A DNA stretch of 32,000 nucleotides from an uncultured archaeon (GTDB lineage: Archaea; Asgardarchaeota; Thorarchaeia; Thorarchaeales; CAZPUN01): the NCBI GenBank assembly GCA_964589775.1, contig CAZPUN010000007.1:30001-62000 (forward strand). The letters are read 5' to 3'. Within the stretch, counting starts at the first letter, position 1. Every line of letters starts with the position of its first letter. The notes under the pieces were generated by a model. It saw nothing but the letters and a program-made list of their open reading frames with translations. It was not told where the DNA came from and did no database searches. Below are positions 27,774 to 32,000 of this stretch, one piece after another. Made by a program: the position numbers and the translations under genes.

Positions 27774-28202
27774 GTGGACGACCTCATTGTAATGGCTATA
27801 TTGCTCGGATTCATAGTATTAACATACATTATGTATAAAATGGGAACTCGAAACGGTAGAAAAAGTGCATTAGTTGATGCTCAAAGGTACATTCAGGAAA
27901 TGGAAAAAAACATCAGATTAGATGCAATTAACCGAAGTCGCAGAACACTAAGAGGACAATTAGTGGAACACTGGGTACCCTTCATGGCAGATGCAGATTT
28001 TGATCCTAGAGATGCGCGATTCATAGGACATCCGATAGATTACGTAATTTTCGATGGTGCTTCCGATGGCGAATGGAGAAAGATAATATTTCTAGAAGTA
28101 AAATCCGGTAATGCCCAATTAAATAAAAACGAACGTGAACTAAAACGATTAATAGAAAAAGGATTCGTGGAGTTTCAAATATTTCGAGTTTCTGAATCAT
28201 AA
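27774..28202 (+). CDS. Membrane-anchored Holliday-junction-resolvase-like PD-(D/E)xK endonuclease (Endonuc_Holl-type)
   Basis: N-terminal TM helix, DAINRSR..L.G...E, RFIGHPIDYVIFDG, FLEVKSG...L...ER. GTG 27774 follows GGGTGA; the ORF track starts at 27717. Confidence 0.85.
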   Translation: MDDLIVMAILLGFIVLTYIMYKMGTRNGRKSALVDAQRYIQEMEKNIRLDAINRSRRTLRGQLVEHWVPFMADADFDPRDARFIGHPIDYVIFDGASDGEWRKIIFLEVKSGNAQLNKNERELKRLIEKGFVEFQIFRVSES

Positions 28203-28287
28203 ACGTAATTGGCAGAAATGATTAGGTTTATTTCCTAATTTGAACTACAAAAGGTATACTCAAAAAACTTAAGCGGGTGCATCAAAA

Positions 28288-28617
28288 ACGATCCATTGCA
28301 GGTATGCAAATACTACAGATATCGATAGAATTATGGAAATAATTAATTCGTATGGTGAGAAGAATATTCCTAGTTTTATCCCAATTACATCCAAAGAATT
28401 GGATGAAAAATTAAACAATCCCAAATTCAAAATCATTGTGGCTGAAAAAGATAATAAAATTGTAGGAGCAGCTTTTGTTTCTTATGGATATAGACGAATT
28501 GGTCTTCAGAGATTATCAATGAGCGAACCATATGATGAAGAGGTTATTGAAGATTTGCTGGATATGGCTGAAGAAGTTGCCAGAGAACTAATAAAAGAAA
28601 ATGAAGGTAAAGAGTAG
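28288..28617 (+). CDS. Degenerate/truncated GNAT-fold protein, possibly with an ACG start
   Basis: The in-frame region upstream of ATG 28333 reads (T)IHCRYANTTDIDRIMEII, a GNAT beta1-alpha1 pattern; IIVAEKDNKIVG follows. No acetyl-CoA GxG loop. Confidence 0.55.
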   Translation, partial: TIHCRYANTTDIDRIMEIINSYGEKNIPSFIPITSKELDEKLNNPKFKIIVAEKDNKIVGAAFVSYGYRRIGLQRLSMSEPYDEEVIEDLLDMAEEVARELIKENEGKE

Positions 28618-28696
28618 TAGAATACTTTCGGAAATCTGTTCATCTTATATACTTTTTATATATGATTTAGAATAGGAGATATGTGTGGGGATTTGA

Positions 28697-30583
28697 ATGA
28701 GCCGAAATTCGATTTCCGAAAAGTATCAGCAAATGGCAAAGCAGCTCGAAGAAAATATTGCCGAACGGTTGAATAGTCTCAAAGAAAGCGTTCTGTCAAC
28801 AGGGGAGGCATACGACGCTTTTATCAAGAGATTTATCATACAAGGTTATGATATGGCTCAAGCTTCGCAAATCGCAGAACAATTATTCGGAACAAATAGT
28901 GTAAAGTTCATCGGCATAGATGGAAGCATGTCTTCGGACGTTAGTTTTGATATGGTACTTTTTTCAGTTTCAGCATACATTGCGGAAGGCACTTTTGAGT
29001 TTAGAGGCAATAAACAACCGCGTGTCGAATATGATTTAAGCAACATGCGTTTAGATAATATATTATCATCAATTGTCCCAATGCATCCGAATAATATAGT
29101 TGAAGCAGATCAAACACTATTCACAATTGCAGATGATGGAACGCACCTTATCACGCCAGTCTCGGATGAGGAAATCATCGATAATACAGCAATTCCACAA
29201 TCATTAATGAGATTTGCAGAACTATTTATGACTTATCGCAAGATACTCAATGACGATGATGTAAAGATCGTTATTTTAGACCGTTCAATTTCTTCCGAAT
29301 ATGCAGCACTAACTGCAGAATTACAATTAACTGAGAATAGAGACAAAAAAATGAGCCTAGTTGGATATACTATTGGAAATACGAAAATAACTGAAAATCA
29401 TATTGAGTTTGGACAATATTTATTGTATGCACCAGATATTGATATTCCACCGCGAAGATGGCCATTCATTAGAGGCCGAATAATTCATGAATTAATTCAT
29501 TTAACGCAGCCAATCGAATATGATGCACTAAGAAAAATATTGTTTGGCGATGATTCGGAAGAGGACAACATCAAGAAGGCATTCAATAAAGAAATTGCAG
29601 GCTTGAAGAAATTAAAATTCGTAAGTGTAAAAGAGAATAAGATTCAGATAAGGCGAGAATATAAAAACATCGTAGATGCCTTGAAACACCTTGTAAATAA
29701 GATAGGCGAAAAGATTTTTATCAAACAAACTAATGAAAATCCATTGATTATTAAAGTTAAAAACATACCTCGATGGTTAACCACATTAGATATTGATTTT
29801 CTTTCGCTAATAACACTTCAAATGATTATTGAATATGCATGGGAGAAGAACATATTATTAATTGGCTTGACAAAAGATACTTCCGCACGGGATTTCAAAA
29901 GACAATTCATTCCGACTATGATAAGTACAAAACAAGTAAATGTACAATTAGATCCGGAAATTTTTGATAAATTGCCAGATACGGATCGATATCTATTACA
30001 ATTTGCTTCGGTAATGCGACATGATGATATTCGGATTCCATGGACTACTGTAGAATATGATTCGGCATTCAGGACAATAATTCCAGATGTGATTGAAGGT
30101 ACAATAAAAGGTGCAAGAAGGAATTTTATAGCACCCACGAAATTATTCATGAAAATGTATGTACAGCTAGGACAGGCAATCACAGATGAAATGCTTAGAA
30201 GTTATGTTCTAGCAGTTGATAGACTTACATTTCCGAAATTTGATGAATCTATTCTGAACAAGACATTAAAAGCTCAAGGTGGAATCTTGAATGAAGTATC
30301 ACTTTATTACTCTCTTGAGCCGGAGCTTACTCCTATTCAAAATCTTGTCATAGCAATATTAAGCAATATGCAAAAGCCAAGCATTCCAGAAGCTATGGGG
30401 CATAATTATGCATTATTTATTGCAGACAAGGTGGCAAAAGAAATAATACAGATTATGGCACGTATTACAAAAGGTATGAAAAATAGAATAATCACAGATG
30501 ATGAATTGCGACGGATTATAATATATTCAGGAAGTTTTAGAGAACTTCGTTCTGAAACGGAGGCAATTAGATATGGGCATTGA
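28697..30583 (+). CDS. nurA: NurA-family nuclease, unusually long (628 aa)
   Basis: FIGIDGS (D75), MRFAE, VILDRS (D195), IGLTKD, GHNYALFIADKVAK; coupled to a HerA-like gene. Confidence 0.78.
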   Translation: MSRNSISEKYQQMAKQLEENIAERLNSLKESVLSTGEAYDAFIKRFIIQGYDMAQASQIAEQLFGTNSVKFIGIDGSMSSDVSFDMVLFSVSAYIAEGTFEFRGNKQPRVEYDLSNMRLDNILSSIVPMHPNNIVEADQTLFTIADDGTHLITPVSDEEIIDNTAIPQSLMRFAELFMTYRKILNDDDVKIVILDRSISSEYAALTAELQLTENRDKKMSLVGYTIGNTKITENHIEFGQYLLYAPDIDIPPRRWPFIRGRIIHELIHLTQPIEYDALRKILFGDDSEEDNIKKAFNKEIAGLKKLKFVSVKENKIQIRREYKNIVDALKHLVNKIGEKIFIKQTNENPLIIKVKNIPRWLTTLDIDFLSLITLQMIIEYAWEKNILLIGLTKDTSARDFKRQFIPTMISTKQVNVQLDPEIFDKLPDTDRYLLQFASVMRHDDIRIPWTTVEYDSAFRTIIPDVIEGTIKGARRNFIAPTKLFMKMYVQLGQAITDEMLRSYVLAVDRLTFPKFDESILNKTLKAQGGILNEVSLYYSLEPELTPIQNLVIAILSNMQKPSIPEAMGHNYALFIADKVAKEIIQIMARITKGMKNRIITDDELRRIIIYSGSFRELRSETEAIRYGH

Positions 30584-32000
30584 AGAATTATCAACTGATT
30601 TTGATGGACGATTTGAAGGACAATTAATGAGTATCAGTACAGTAACTGCAAATTATTCCTCGGAATTTTCAGGCACGTCATCACGCTATAAAGCATTTAT
30701 AAAAATAAAGTACCAACGTGATCTTATGGGACTTTTGGAAGAGGGCATGCTCATTGCCATTCGAAATTTCAAAAGCAGAGCACATAATGGAAATCGTTTT
30801 ACGTTAATGAGCGTTGCTCAAGTATGGCCTGAACACTTCGGCCTGAAAGGAGTTAGTGGATCTTCATACATTCCGACTCAATTTGAAATTGCCACGCAAG
30901 CTGTTCCAGATTGGGAAACTGATGATAACCAGATTATGGCTATTAACATGGTTGCAATCCCTGTAAATTACGATATTATTATTGAAGGTAAGAAACCGAT
31001 TTTCAAAAAGGGCTTTACATATCCGATAATCGGAGAACGAGTTTATATCTTGAATAGAGATACCATTGATGATGTATATAATTCAAAGATCAAAGAACGA
31101 TTAGGATTCACATCAAAGAGAACCGTTGCAGATCCCTATATAGATCCTCGCATAGGAACAATTTCAATGTTCGAGGCACTTCCGGGCGAGATTCCCATCT
31201 ATGTCGACTTTGAAGCCCTTGTTCGATACCATTTTGGAATTTTCAGCTTTACCGGTGGGGGAAAGAGCAATCTTCTGTCAAATATAATTCGCCGCATTAT
31301 GATCCATAAAGATAATATCAAAGTAATTGTTTTTGATGTTTCAAGCGAATATCCTGCGCATCTCATGGACGTACTAGGAAATCCAGATATCCCATCACGA
31401 ATTATACTTGACACAAATGCAGAATCTTTCGAACAATTTTCCAAAATGATCGCAACACCACGTAGGTTTGAAGGCGATCCTCGAGTCGCAAAGGGGTTAC
31501 GTAAAATCTGGGATTTAAACAGGGTATATTATATGGATTTGTCTGAGAAACGCATACCTACTTATTTTAGCCTAATAAACCAACTAGAATCTTTCCAACA
31601 GGATAGCTTGGATAAAGGATATGCACATTATGCGGATGCTGCCGAAGAAATAATAGACTTCATAGAATCCTATATCATGGAACAAGACCTTACGTATGAA
31701 TCAATAATAGATGCAGATTTTCTTGACATTATGGAAACGAACGCTCGTCAAATTCTAGATGATTTTGGAGTTAACAATCGAAGTAGTTTATACGCATGGG
31801 TAATGTCTCGTAAGAGGTTAAAAACAAAAATAGAACGCTTGTCACATGCAATTCATGATGAAACCGCCATGACCATTAATGATATCGAAGAGGCACTCGA
31901 AAATACTGATAGGCTAATTGTGCTATCTATTGCAGATCCATATATTCAGAGATCAATCGTAATTAAACTTGTGAATCGATTTCTATATCTTCGCAAGAAA
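30573..32000 (+). CDS. herA: HerA/FtsK-superfamily ATPase (HAS barrel + DUF87-like ATPase), 5' part only; runs off the right edge
   Basis: Not in the ORF track. ATG 30573 follows GGAGG and overlaps the nurA stop. Translation MGIEELSTDFDGRFEGQ...YHFGIFSFTGGGKSN (Walker A, 31245-31268)...VIVFDVSSEY, open to the window end. Confidence 0.85.
   Translation, partial: MGIEELSTDFDGRFEGQLMSISTVTANYSSEFSGTSSRYKAFIKIKYQRDLMGLLEEGMLIAIRNFKSRAHNGNRFTLMSVAQVWPEHFGLKGVSGSSYIPTQFEIATQAVPDWETDDNQIMAINMVAIPVNYDIIIEGKKPIFKKGFTYPIIGERVYILNRDTIDDVYNSKIKERLGFTSKRTVADPYIDPRIGTISMFEALPGEIPIYVDFEALVRYHFGIFSFTGGGKSNLLSNIIRRIMIHKDNIKVIVFDVSSEYPAHLMDVLGNPDIPSRIILDTNAESFEQFSKMIATPRRFEGDPRVAKGLRKIWDLNRVYYMDLSEKRIPTYFSLINQLESFQQDSLDKGYAHYADAAEEIIDFIESYIMEQDLTYESIIDADFLDIMETNARQILDDFGVNNRSSLYAWVMSRKRLKTKIERLSHAIHDETAMTINDIEEALENTDRLIVLSIADPYIQRSIVIKLVNRFLYLRKK

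Noticed and set aside
2312-31444. Numerous short ORFs antisense to or nested in well-supported genes (e.g. 8727-9134, 15709-16122, 17993-18355, 21450-21824, 29818-30183, 31199-31444)
   Set aside because: Shadow ORFs of genes with strong family motifs; no independent evidence.
1-32000. tRNA/rRNA genes, transposases, integrases, cas genes, inteins
   Set aside because: None recognised by eye; NrdD and the visible part of HerA show no intein-sized insertion. A tRNAscan/Infernal run would be needed to exclude RNA genes formally.

Overview
Archaeal chromosomal window. The evidence is GGTGA/GGAGG Shine-Dalgarno motifs, BRE/TATA promoters, oligo-T terminators and genes for a SAMP, LrpA, Ogg and NurA/HerA. 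The gene content suggests an anaerobic, probably thermophilic, peptide-fermenting archaeon, possibly Asgard-like (inference only). From left to right: a partial N6-adenine DNA methyltransferase missed by the ORF track; a split class III ribonucleotide reductase whose glycyl-radical loop is a separate 66-aa gene; a 700-bp non-coding region with repeated palindromes; LarC N-terminal half only; a stand-alone V4R protein; a membrane-anchored M14 carboxypeptidase; a SAMP / W-cofactor radical SAM / RNase HIII / TtuA cluster; an 11-gene translationally coupled operon joining a 2-oxoacid:ferredoxin oxidoreductase (korDABG) to a complete HdrABC-MvhDGA hydrogenase system; FprA, peroxiredoxin and LrpA; Ogg; a DMT transporter; a non-coding region with a CRISPR-like 29-bp repeat pair; carbamate kinase; a SAM methyltransferase; and a DNA-processing cluster (beta-class DNA MTase, membrane-anchored PD-(D/E)xK nuclease, degenerate GNAT, oversized NurA with a probable winged-helix insertion, and a HerA-like ATPase running off the right edge). 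All family calls come from motif recognition by eye; no database searches were run.
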